Shown: positions 17,800-27,491, counted from the stretch's first letter. The stretch is DNA of 64,000 bases from an uncultured virus (IMG/VR IMGVR_UViG_3300046387_001330) (IMGVR_UViG_3300046387_001330), one strand, 5' to 3'. Numbers and translations are program-made. Notes: a model not told the origin generated them from the letters alone.

Positions 17800-20058
17800 A
17801 TGGAAAAAGATTTTTTAAATTCTGAAAATTGGAAAAAGTGCGGTGATAATAAACCAAAAGCATTTCGTTTAAAAGTGCATAAATCTGACTGCGTTGTTCG
17901 TAGATCAATAAGAAAATTTCAGTCCGCAGAAGAACTTGGTTTTTATGGTTTAGCAGAACTTGAAAATTCATCAGATAAAAATTACAACTATGGACACAAA
18001 TGGTCCATAAAAGAAAAACCTGATGCATTTACATATTTTAGACCAGATGTAAATCCGATTGATTCATCGATGTATGAGAATCATTGCGAAATTGGTGATA
18101 ATGTAGATATTAGCAAAAAATTAGTTTTAAATGTTGATAATACATCAAGTGATAGATTTAAAATAATCTCAGATTTTCCTGATCCAGATGCAACAAAATT
18201 ACCTAGTTCTAATTTCGATTATGCATATAAATTAAAGTATAACGAAACAACACAACAATATAATGTAACTCATAATTATCGTATTGATTTTCACGGTACA
18301 TTTACTCAATATCGTGCAGTTGATATTCAACTTAATTCTAAATTTATGATAGTAAAATTAGAAGATGCCACATCACTTGAAAATTATATGGTGTATGTTC
18401 GTGGTTTAGACAAAGATAGTTTTGTTTATGCAAAGTCTTTAAAAGATGTTATAGAAGATTATGAAGAAATTGTAAACTTTATGCCAGCAGAAGATACACT
18501 AAATAACAATGAAGTATATGAACCTTTTGAATATGATTTACAAGTAAATTCATACGGAACTAAAATTTTGTTAAAAGTTTATCGTGCGAAGATTACAAAC
18601 GGCCAAGCAAATTCAAGAGTCGAGTTTTCACGTCATTATTTGATGGATTGGAATGATTGCAAAAATAAATTTGAAGTTTTAGATTTTCTTGATACAAGCA
18701 AAGCAAACAGAATACAAAAAGATGTTCCAAACTACGATTCTACAAATTATGTAGAAATGGTTGATTCGTATAACGCAAATGCTAAACGCAAGCATTCAGA
18801 ATCTCATATAATAAATTTTGAATATATTTTAACTCCTACTGATGATATTTTAATATATTCAAAATATTCAACGAGTTATAGTACATTTATAGAAACATTT
18901 AATTTAAGTTGTGATGGAACTTGGGGTATTGGTCACAAACTGAGTGATAACAATTTTCATAAATATTCATTTAATGAAGAAACAAATAAATTAGAAAAAA
19001 TATCAGAAAGAACCGATTTATTGCCATTTCCGGATATGAATGAAACAGGAAATATGGCAGGAACAACAACAAGTGCCTGGAATGCATGGCCACAAACATA
19101 CTGGAATTCAGATTATTCATATTTTGGTCATAGTAATCCATTTTACTATTTCGGTGAAGTAAAATCTGGAATACAATTTGCTAATATAATACACTTTGAT
19201 AAAGATCACCTAATTTTAGATTTAGAAATTATAAAACCTTGGAAACGAATCCACCACGCATATTCAAAAAAAGCAGGCGAATCGTGCTCCACACCACCGT
19301 CTACTTCAACACACGACGGAGAACTTATAGATAGGTATATAATAAAATATAAAGTTAATGAGTTGGGAAAATACGAAATTGTATCAAAAAGTAATGTAAA
19401 TGATTATCATACTCAAACCAGTAATATTCATTTAAAATTTTCAGAGATTGTGCAAGGTAGATACATGAATGAAAATAAATTATTAGTGAAAAATCACAGA
19501 CGAACTTCGTCAAATTGGTGGGAGTATAGAAATTCGGACACTCTAAATAAGAGGTTGAACAGTCATTCAATAATTGAATCGTGGTATGATCAGCAGATAT
19601 ATAACATATCTTATGGTATGGATGTTGATCCACTGCCATCTGGTACAGAAAATATCTATTCTTGGCGAGTGGTGGATACATCATCCGATACTATGGAATT
19701 TCAAGACTTAACCGGGTTGACTGAAAATTTGATTGAACTTGTTGGTGAAAATGAACATCTCATGAATTACACTTGCAATGGAAATGATATATTATTTTTG
19801 ATTGCAAAATTTGAAATAAATGATGGCAATGTATTAGTTACCAATACACGTCTTGAGATTTATACTACAACTGATTATGTATCATTTACTAAAAAGCAAA
19901 CTATAAATTATTCTGATTTATATCCAACTGATAGAAATAACAGTCAAGATTTGTTAGGAAATAAAATTCCACTCGATTACGGAAATATATTAAACGTAAT
20001 AGATAACATGATGATTAAAAATTACATGAATGTCAATCAAGATATAATCTTAACATAA
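17800..20058 (+). CDS. Hypothetical 752-aa protein, probably beta-rich and structural
   Basis: Long ORF with GCAGGA upstream, in the same frame as the preceding gene; no recognisable catalytic motif. Confidence 0.7.
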   Translation: MEKDFLNSENWKKCGDNKPKAFRLKVHKSDCVVRRSIRKFQSAEELGFYGLAELENSSDKNYNYGHKWSIKEKPDAFTYFRPDVNPIDSSMYENHCEIGDNVDISKKLVLNVDNTSSDRFKIISDFPDPDATKLPSSNFDYAYKLKYNETTQQYNVTHNYRIDFHGTFTQYRAVDIQLNSKFMIVKLEDATSLENYMVYVRGLDKDSFVYAKSLKDVIEDYEEIVNFMPAEDTLNNNEVYEPFEYDLQVNSYGTKILLKVYRAKITNGQANSRVEFSRHYLMDWNDCKNKFEVLDFLDTSKANRIQKDVPNYDSTNYVEMVDSYNANAKRKHSESHIINFEYILTPTDDILIYSKYSTSYSTFIETFNLSCDGTWGIGHKLSDNNFHKYSFNEETNKLEKISERTDLLPFPDMNETGNMAGTTTSAWNAWPQTYWNSDYSYFGHSNPFYYFGEVKSGIQFANIIHFDKDHLILDLEIIKPWKRIHHAYSKKAGESCSTPPSTSTHDGELIDRYIIKYKVNELGKYEIVSKSNVNDYHTQTSNIHLKFSEIVQGRYMNENKLLVKNHRRTSSNWWEYRNSDTLNKRLNSHSIIESWYDQQIYNISYGMDVDPLPSGTENIYSWRVVDTSSDTMEFQDLTGLTENLIELVGENEHLMNYTCNGNDILFLIAKFEINDGNVLVTNTRLEIYTTTDYVSFTKKQTINYSDLYPTDRNNSQDLLGNKIPLDYGNILNVIDNMMIKNYMNVNQDIILT

Positions 20059-20068
20059 TTAATCTTAT

Positions 20069-20089
20069 ATACTCAGTTTTGAGTATTTT
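20069..20089 (+). terminator. Candidate weak hairpin/terminator
   Basis: ATACTCA-GTTT-TGAGTAT forms a 7-bp stem followed by TTT, in the intergenic gap; the stem is AT-rich, so weak. Confidence 0.35.
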
Positions 20090-20101
20090 AATATATATTG
20101 A

Positions 20102-20110
20102 ATATTTATA
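20102..20110 (+). promoter_or_regulatory. ATATTTATA motif, candidate viral late promoter
   Basis: 4 nt before ATG 20115; recurs upstream of several other genes. Confidence 0.55.
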
Positions 20111-20114
20111 GATA

Positions 20115-23100
20115 ATGAGTGAAACTGATACAAATAATGCTCCCGATATTCAACTTAAATGTTGCGATAATTTTGATAACACAATTCAAACTCATGGAGA
20201 CGGAATAGAAAGAAAAGCAGTTGCAGGTGTAAGTGTTCAGTTTTTTGAGGATGGAGGTACATTCTGTTTTGATAACCTCAAACTAGATGGCTTAAGTAAT
20301 TCGTTTGGTGTTACCATAAATTTAGGAACTCGTACAGTTTACGGAAAAATAAAAGCAACAGGACAATTTGTTAATAACGAAGTATTTTATGTATCACCAA
20401 GTGGAACTATGTTTGGAGGTAAACTTGAGTCAAATAATGCCTTTGATAATATTTTAAAAGATGAAGGAGTGTGTTCTGGATATGTAGAACCAATTGATGA
20501 AGGTGAACCAGATGATATAAAACTCGGAGTATTTCCAATTGCGAGTTTTAAAAATGCATTTAGTATTATTTATGATTCAAATGTTAATGAACTTTCGTTC
20601 GTTGAAGAATTTACTCTTCAAACTATATACAAAACAAAAGCAATTATACCAAGAGAAAGATGGACTCATATTGCTATTGTAAGAAAAGAAGGAAAATTAC
20701 TTTTTTACTTAAACGGAAAACAAAAAGGTGAAGAACTTCCAAACGATATTAATTACTCTAAACCAACAGAGGTAACTATTGGTAGGCATTACGACAAAGA
20801 AAATGAAAAATATTCTTATTTTTTGGGAGAAATTGATTCACTTAAAGTAATAAATAACTTCGTAAAATATCATTGTAACTTTAGAGCATCAGAAATTGAT
20901 GAGTGTGTTCTTGAAGAAACTCCCACACCCACACCTACACCAACTGCAACACCAACACCAACTGCAACGCCGACTAAAACAGAAACTCCTCGTCCTGAAA
21001 AAGAACTCAGAGTTTACAATAATATAAAAGACATATCAAGTTTAGTAAAAATAAATGGGGTTGAGAAATATGTAGATGAATTTTCAATTTTTGAACTTAT
21101 TCCTGGAACTGAAATAAGTTTTCATGATCTTCCGAACGAAGGGTACAAGTTCTTAAGATTACATGGGCAAATAAATTGGTTAGATGATCATTCTGGTAAA
21201 ATGCCAGACGAAGATGTAGATGTTTATTTTGAATATGCACCAATTGAAATAGATGAATTTAGAAGAAGTTGTGACGAAAAGTGTCCATGTGATGATGACA
21301 CAACATTACTTGTATTACCAAAGCATGATCCAAGAATAGATTTAGATTTCTTTGAACACACAACAGAGTTTGATGAATTTAGAAGGGTGGTTGAATTTGA
21401 GGATAATCTTCCTGAAACACCTGGTATTAAATGCGAGTATGAAGTGTATCTTTTTGAAAATGATTTGTTTATCAAGAATAAAGAAACTAAATCAAACTTT
21501 GCATGGAGAGATTTAGTTTTACTTCGTGGAAATCACTATAATTTTAAATTTGAAACGACGTCTTCAATTTTTAAAGTGTACGACGAATTTGATAACGAAT
21601 TAGATGAAACTCATGGAGTATATCAAACAGAAAATTGGGTGTATCCTTTAATAATTTTGCCGAATGATAAAACTCCAACTTTCATAAAATATAAACTTTT
21701 CTTTTCTAAAAATATGTATGAAGGAAGAATTCTGGTAAGAACTGCAAATCATGTGTCGGGTGTAAATACGGTGTATTCGCATCAACATGGAGCAAAAGTA
21801 AAGTTTGAAATTTCAGACGATAAAAGTGACGAAACAACATCTTATCGCAATGGAACTTATCATTTTGGATTGAGTGAGTATGTTGATTTGAATGAAACAA
21901 AAATATCAGCAAAAGAAGGACTTGAACTGGAACTAGAATCTTCTATTGAATGTGATTTTACTAATGTACCTGGATATCTTGATACAAATGTTCTTACTAC
22001 ATTATATGATTTCGTTTTAAATAAAACTAAAAATTATATAGAAACTCGTCAACGAATAAATAAGTATTTTAAATTTAAACATGACTTTGATTTTCTTAGT
22101 TTAGACTTTTTAACAAAGTTCATGTGGTCAGACGAAATTTCATATGAGCAATTTTGTAAGATTTTATATTTTACATTTTTGTTTGAGTATGCGTGTACAA
22201 AAGAAAAACGAAATGAATTTCTTGAGGTAGTTTCTAGTCAAATATTAGATTCAAATGTACCTTTTAAATTTAACAATGATTATTATGTAAGTGATATATT
22301 AGACAAGTCGGAAATTGACCCACGGGTTGCTTCGGTATTTTGTTTGTGTTTTGTTAAAACTTTAAATAAAAAATACAGAACTCATCAACAAAAAGTTGAT
22401 GATTTGTATGCACATATAAAACTTTTAAGAAATAATCTGATTGAAAGTGAATCGTTTTCTGTATTTGTATTTAACTCAGAATATAAACAAAATATAATTG
22501 ATACAAAAGATTCAATCAAAGAACCAATAAAATTACCTGAAAAGGTGCTGATGAAATCAGAAGATTGTACAGGAACACAACTTGGGTATCATGTTGTTAG
22601 AAAGTACGACGATATATTGACAAAATCTGTAATTGATAATAACGATGTAACACTTGAAAATCTTCGTAAGTTTAATAATCTTACTCTACGATTATCAGCA
22701 AACAACAAGTCATATTGTTACACGATTTCAAGTTATTCATATAATTTGTTTGGAATACACGATGAAGTTGACGTATATAGAATATTCGGTGACTTTACTG
22801 ATCCAAACGAATGTTGTGATATTGTAAAAAGAAATGAAGGGTTCTTTGAAAATCAACAAGAGATTTTACAAGAATCAAATATTATGTCTTTTAAACTTGT
22901 AGAAGCAGGAAGTTCTCGTTCCATGTTAGCAAAAAATGTAAGCAACATGAATTATCCTGTTGAAAAAATAGGCAATAATCAATTCAGAACTTATATTGAT
23001 GAAACGGTATCATCTGGTAATGTAATGTATTCAAGTCCTGGATATTTTATAGTACCCCGTGAAACTGCTAATAATTTAATGTATAGAAGTGTTGATGTTG

Positions 23101-23771
23101 GATACAATTCCAATGAACCCGTTCGTGAGGTAAGAAGTTTTAAACCAGATGAAATGCAAGTAAATATTTTAACTACATGGATGACAGATGATGGAACATT
23201 AAATGTTGTAACTGACATTGATCCAAGTTTACATATTGGTGATTTTATTACAATTAAAAATGGAACAACTAATTCTGCAATCAATGGAACATTCCGAGTA
23301 AAATCTGTAAGTGAAAACAATTTTGCATTAGAGTTTAGAGTTCCTATGAATATGGAAATAAAAGATATGCAAAATATGACCGGTAATTTTAATACCTCAT
23401 TTGCTACAAGAATTTATACAAATGTAACTGGACTTAAACCGGGTGATGACTTAGTTTTTGATTATGCAAGTGGTCATGGAAAACGATACGAAGTTATAGA
23501 ATTATCACAAGATGAATTTGGAGTTTTTGTAATTGTTAAGGGTATATTAGATAGAAAACCAAGTTCAGTCGTGAAAAGTCATTTTAATGTTAACTCAGAA
23601 GACTTTATTAGGTTTACATATGAAACTAAGGTATCATACTACAATGTAAGTAAAACCAATCCACAGACGCACTCTTTGTGGATGACGCACTTACCTGACG
23701 TAACATCAGATGGTCGTTTCAATGATAAGGTTTCTTTTATACAAACATACAATGAATCATTGAATAGTTGA
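20115..23771 (+). CDS. 1218-aa modular structural protein: shared N-terminal domain, C-terminal half of LamG, Pro/Thr linker, InlB-B/Flg_new-like repeat, phage tail/baseplate-like beta domains
   Basis: N-terminal ~100 aa are paralogous to the 12004 gene; WTHIAIVRKEGKLLFYLNG..TIGR..FLGEIDSLKV; PNEGYKF..MPDEDVDVYFEY; LVLLRGNHYNFKF; HIGDFITIKNG..INGTFRV. Confidence 0.75.
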   Translation: MSETDTNNAPDIQLKCCDNFDNTIQTHGDGIERKAVAGVSVQFFEDGGTFCFDNLKLDGLSNSFGVTINLGTRTVYGKIKATGQFVNNEVFYVSPSGTMFGGKLESNNAFDNILKDEGVCSGYVEPIDEGEPDDIKLGVFPIASFKNAFSIIYDSNVNELSFVEEFTLQTIYKTKAIIPRERWTHIAIVRKEGKLLFYLNGKQKGEELPNDINYSKPTEVTIGRHYDKENEKYSYFLGEIDSLKVINNFVKYHCNFRASEIDECVLEETPTPTPTPTATPTPTATPTKTETPRPEKELRVYNNIKDISSLVKINGVEKYVDEFSIFELIPGTEISFHDLPNEGYKFLRLHGQINWLDDHSGKMPDEDVDVYFEYAPIEIDEFRRSCDEKCPCDDDTTLLVLPKHDPRIDLDFFEHTTEFDEFRRVVEFEDNLPETPGIKCEYEVYLFENDLFIKNKETKSNFAWRDLVLLRGNHYNFKFETTSSIFKVYDEFDNELDETHGVYQTENWVYPLIILPNDKTPTFIKYKLFFSKNMYEGRILVRTANHVSGVNTVYSHQHGAKVKFEISDDKSDETTSYRNGTYHFGLSEYVDLNETKISAKEGLELELESSIECDFTNVPGYLDTNVLTTLYDFVLNKTKNYIETRQRINKYFKFKHDFDFLSLDFLTKFMWSDEISYEQFCKILYFTFLFEYACTKEKRNEFLEVVSSQILDSNVPFKFNNDYYVSDILDKSEIDPRVASVFCLCFVKTLNKKYRTHQQKVDDLYAHIKLLRNNLIESESFSVFVFNSEYKQNIIDTKDSIKEPIKLPEKVLMKSEDCTGTQLGYHVVRKYDDILTKSVIDNNDVTLENLRKFNNLTLRLSANNKSYCYTISSYSYNLFGIHDEVDVYRIFGDFTDPNECCDIVKRNEGFFENQQEILQESNIMSFKLVEAGSSRSMLAKNVSNMNYPVEKIGNNQFRTYIDETVSSGNVMYSSPGYFIVPRETANNLMYRSVDVGYNSNEPVREVRSFKPDEMQVNILTTWMTDDGTLNVVTDIDPSLHIGDFITIKNGTTNSAINGTFRVKSVSENNFALEFRVPMNMEIKDMQNMTGNFNTSFATRIYTNVTGLKPGDDLVFDYASGHGKRYEVIELSQDEFGVFVIVKGILDRKPSSVVKSHFNVNSEDFIRFTYETKVSYYNVSKTNPQTHSLWMTHLPDVTSDGRFNDKVSFIQTYNESLNS

Positions 23772-23778
23772 GGTATAA

Positions 23779-25160
23779 ATGAGTCTGTTGACACAAGATT
23801 ATTTGCAACTTAAACAGGTCAAAATATTTTTAGATAAAAATATTTCTATATCGGAAAGTGAAATAAACAAACAAAGTGTTGGTCAACTTTTACTTAATAA
23901 TTCTTTTTTTAAAGACTTTGACGGAGATGGTATTATTTCATATAATGATTACAAAATTGCTTGGAATTGGTTAATGCAAGGCAAACCAACTGAATTAAAA
24001 GATTTACAAGATAATCAAAGTGATAGCATAAAGGTTACAGAAATGCCTTATGAAAAACTTCAACAAGGTGAAGTTAATATTTTACCTGATCACTCTAAAT
24101 CTAAGCAGATAAAGTTGGTCAATGAAACTAAAAATAAACCCAAATTTAAATTTTCTTCATATAGTTCAGCAAAACAAAAAGTAAAAAGTGAACCACAACC
24201 AAATTTGGTTGTGATGGGTGAATTGCCAAAAATAAATAAAAGTAATACAACAAGAACTATTAATGCTTTTGAAGTCAATAAGGAAGAAGTTAAAGAAGAA
24301 ATTACTGAAGCAAATTTAGAAGTAAATTCATTTGATTATTCAGAACTTATGAAAGTCAAAAATTATTTGAATTCCAACCATGAAATTTATCCAGAAGATG
24401 TTGCAAAAGATAAAGTTGGCCAACAACTATTAAACAACAAGTATTTTGAAGACTTTGATAATGATGGAAAAATTACCATAAATGATTTCAATATTGGTTG
24501 GAATTGGGTAATGCAGGGTAAACCAACGAGTATTGATGAGTTTATTAAAAATAGTCCAACCGATGCAGAGGATTTTGACATACCGTACCAAAAAATACAA
24601 AACACAGAGCAAAGTATTTTACCAAGTCAAAACATAAATGAGTTTAAAAATAAAGTAAATTTAATAATAGGAGCAAGTGTAGAAAAAAGTAAACGAATTG
24701 TTTTTAAAGAAAATGTACCTGTTGAAACGCAACAACCACAACTAAATTCTTCTGACGAAAAATTTACTTACAATTATTTTAAGGCAGACGATTCTCGTCA
24801 GATAAATTCGTTTGAGGTTACTCCTATAAAAACAATAAAAAAGAATTTAGAGTTATTATCAGAAGACTATAAGCAACTTGAGGAAGTAAAAGCATTTGTT
24901 CTTAAGCATAAAAACATATCAATTGATGATCTTAGTAAAATGGAGTTGAATCAGTCGTTGTTAAATAATAAATTTTTTAATGATTTTAATATGGACGGAA
25001 TTATATCTTTTGATGATTACAATATTGCATGGAATTGGGTTATGCAAGGTAAACCAACTGATTTAATAACATTTGCAAAAAATAAAAGTGCGACTCCAGA
25101 TACACATAAAATTCCATATCAAAGTGTTCAAAATACGGAATTTAGTATATTGCAGGATAA
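23779..25160 (+). repeat. Three ~100-aa intragenic repeats (approx. 23779-24090, 24330-24630, 24850-25160)
   Basis: tggaattgggt.atgca.ggtaaaccaac-type DNA similarity and a shared LLNN.FF.DF..DG.I...D....WNW.MQGKPT pattern. Confidence 0.9.
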
Positions 25161-25911
25161 TCGTGTTGTGGTTTACGATAGAAACACTGATGATCAAGAC
25201 TTAGGTGCAATTATTTCTGGTACAGGAATGACAGAAAAAACTGGTGTAGAAATTATCACAACTGGAACAGAAGAAGAATCGAGTGATTTTAATGAAGATG
25301 GTGAAATAGACGAAATTGATTTACAAATATTAGAATGTTTTATACTGATGCGTCCCGATGATTTGTGTGAGTATAATCGTGATCGTGGTGATTGTCCCGA
25401 GGCAACCAAGTTACCAAGTATGCTAACTGCAAAATTTGCGTGTGATACTTCTTATTATTATGGTGATGTTCACTTGCCTGGTGATGATTTGATTGGTGAT
25501 AAAGATATTGAATATTATATGGCATGGTTGCTTGGCCAGGTTGAGGTTCCTGATGTAAATACTCTTAAATTCATATTAAGTAATAACTGGGTGGAATCTC
25601 CGTATAAAGGACCTAGTTTTCGTGAGGTATTGCGAGATTGTTGCATAAGAGATAATAAAAGTGAAATGACTTTGCATAGTACAAGTATTTATCGTGTAGA
25701 TTATCGTGATTATTTAATAATGAAAGAGTGGTTGAGATTAGACAAACCAAACATGAAAGGAAAACTATCAGATTATGATGCTCTTGCTTGGTTTAATGAA
25801 AACAGTGCAGAAGGTACTCCTCTTGCGTGTAAACTACCATTTGAACCTTATATGGACATAGGATCAAGTTGTTATACATTTGATTCACATTCGTTTGAAG
25901 AATATCTATAA
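23779..25911 (+). CDS. 710-aa protein with 5-6 EF-hand/dockerin-like repeats
   Basis: GAGGT upstream; DFDGDGIISYND, DFDNDGKITIND, DFNMDGIISFDD, DFNEDGEIDEID, GDVHLPGDDLIGDKD; the first three are each followed by WNW(L/V)MQGKPT. Confidence 0.75.
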   Translation: MSLLTQDYLQLKQVKIFLDKNISISESEINKQSVGQLLLNNSFFKDFDGDGIISYNDYKIAWNWLMQGKPTELKDLQDNQSDSIKVTEMPYEKLQQGEVNILPDHSKSKQIKLVNETKNKPKFKFSSYSSAKQKVKSEPQPNLVVMGELPKINKSNTTRTINAFEVNKEEVKEEITEANLEVNSFDYSELMKVKNYLNSNHEIYPEDVAKDKVGQQLLNNKYFEDFDNDGKITINDFNIGWNWVMQGKPTSIDEFIKNSPTDAEDFDIPYQKIQNTEQSILPSQNINEFKNKVNLIIGASVEKSKRIVFKENVPVETQQPQLNSSDEKFTYNYFKADDSRQINSFEVTPIKTIKKNLELLSEDYKQLEEVKAFVLKHKNISIDDLSKMELNQSLLNNKFFNDFNMDGIISFDDYNIAWNWVMQGKPTDLITFAKNKSATPDTHKIPYQSVQNTEFSILQDNRVVVYDRNTDDQDLGAIISGTGMTEKTGVEIITTGTEEESSDFNEDGEIDEIDLQILECFILMRPDDLCEYNRDRGDCPEATKLPSMLTAKFACDTSYYYGDVHLPGDDLIGDKDIEYYMAWLLGQVEVPDVNTLKFILSNNWVESPYKGPSFREVLRDCCIRDNKSEMTLHSTSIYRVDYRDYLIMKEWLRLDKPNMKGKLSDYDALAWFNENSAEGTPLACKLPFEPYMDIGSSCYTFDSHSFEEYL

Positions 25912-25964
25912 AAATTATAAAAACTCAATAATAATAATACTTATAATTGTATTTATTAAAGTTG

Positions 25965-26795
25965 ATGGGAGACGATATAATAATAGAAAATGTGCTACCT
26001 GAAAAGGTAGAGTCGGTATTCTACCACTCGTTTATGAGTGGAATTGCTAATAGAATGCGGGCATGGGTAACAACGTCGGCATTTGCTGAGTATTTAGGTG
26101 TCCAGTATATTATGAAATGGAGGCCTGATGATGCGTGTGGTAAAAAGAATTTTGAAGATTTATTCGAAATACCCACAAATATGCAATATGAAACTGGAAG
26201 AAGATACCAACCAAGTGCCACAACTTTTTGGGTAAAAAAGAATTATCCAAATAACAACTTTCATGGACGATACATAGAAGGTAACTATGATTTAGATGTC
26301 AAAGAATTTCAGAAGTTGGTGGACAATCAAAGAAAGTATATTCAACCAAATGAACCAATTCAGAAAAAAATCACAGATTATACAGAAAAGTTTGATTTAG
26401 AAAATACAATTGGTTTACATATACGACGAACAGATTTAAAAGAGCAAGATAAAAGTCCAGATTCCTGGTTTGATCAAAACATTCAAAATGAATTAAAAAA
26501 AGATTCATCTGCAAGATTTTTACTTGCAACGGATAACAAATGGACAGAAGAAAAATTTATGCGTAAATATGAAGATATTATGGTTACATCCGATTGTGAA
26601 TTTGATGACTCTCTTGAAGGAGGAGAAATTTATCCTGGAGGTCATAGACACCGTCATTCACCTGTGGAGCAAGGATTGTGTGACATGATGTTGTTATCAA
26701 AAACTAAAAAGGTTTACGGGTGCCACGGAAGTAGTTTTGGTAGATTCGGAGCATGGTTCGGTGGAAAAAAGTTTATTATTTCAGATTTAGATTAA
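25965..26795 (+). CDS. Fucosyltransferase-like glycosyltransferase (GT11/GT23/O-FucT clan)
   Basis: GIANRMRA, IGLHIRRTD, LLATDN, DMMLLSKT..GSSFG; start uncertain (TTG 25947 or ATG 25965). Confidence 0.75.
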   Translation: MGDDIIIENVLPEKVESVFYHSFMSGIANRMRAWVTTSAFAEYLGVQYIMKWRPDDACGKKNFEDLFEIPTNMQYETGRRYQPSATTFWVKKNYPNNNFHGRYIEGNYDLDVKEFQKLVDNQRKYIQPNEPIQKKITDYTEKFDLENTIGLHIRRTDLKEQDKSPDSWFDQNIQNELKKDSSARFLLATDNKWTEEKFMRKYEDIMVTSDCEFDDSLEGGEIYPGGHRHRHSPVEQGLCDMMLLSKTKKVYGCHGSSFGRFGAWFGGKKFIISDLD

Positions 26796-26810
26796 AAAAG
26801 GAAAATTATT

Positions 26811-27491
26811 GTGAAAAAATTCAAATATAGTATGTTATCATTACCACGATGTGGATCAAACTGGGTTCGTTATTGGTTTGAGTATTTTTCTAACGAAAAC
26901 ACAAGTGAAAAAAATATTCTTGTGGAAAAAAATCATTGGGGAGAAGAAAGAACAACAAATACAACTGCAACTTTATACAAACGACATAAATTATCTCAAG
27001 AGGATATAGATGGTCGTGATATACAAAAGTTGGTGCTTATTGTAAGAGACTATCGTGAGTGCTTTGTTCGTCATTGCGTTGGTAAAAAGTTTGCAAGAAG
27101 GGTTGGTCGCATGAAAGATTTTACAGACAATCTTTATACATACGATTCATTTAAAGGAGAAAAAATGATTATGTATTACGAAGACTTTGTTGCCGATCCG
27201 AAAACTTATATGAAGCAATTTCTTGATTTTGTAGATGCAAAAAGTGAATGGGATGATATAGATGTTGCTGAACATCGTGATTTATCTGTAAAGTTATACG
27301 AAACAGGTGGCAGTGAAAAAATTGGAACACAAACAAAAGGAGCACCGTCTTTAACAAAGGGTAAAGCAGATTTTAAATTTCATCAGCAAGAACTTGACGA
27401 TGAAACAAAGCAACTATTAGAAGAATGGTTTGTTGCTGAACACGGTGAAATACATGGCAAGTACTTATCAAGATATAAATACAAGTTGTGA
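26811..27491 (+). CDS. Sulfotransferase (P-loop type, Sulfotransfer_1-like)
   Basis: SLPRCGSNWVR (5'-PSB), LIVRDYRE (3'-PB), YYEDFVADP; GTG start with AAGGA upstream. Confidence 0.75.
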   Translation: MKKFKYSMLSLPRCGSNWVRYWFEYFSNENTSEKNILVEKNHWGEERTTNTTATLYKRHKLSQEDIDGRDIQKLVLIVRDYRECFVRHCVGKKFARRVGRMKDFTDNLYTYDSFKGEKMIMYYEDFVADPKTYMKQFLDFVDAKSEWDDIDVAEHRDLSVKLYETGGSEKIGTQTKGAPSLTKGKADFKFHQQELDDETKQLLEEWFVAEHGEIHGKYLSRYKYKL

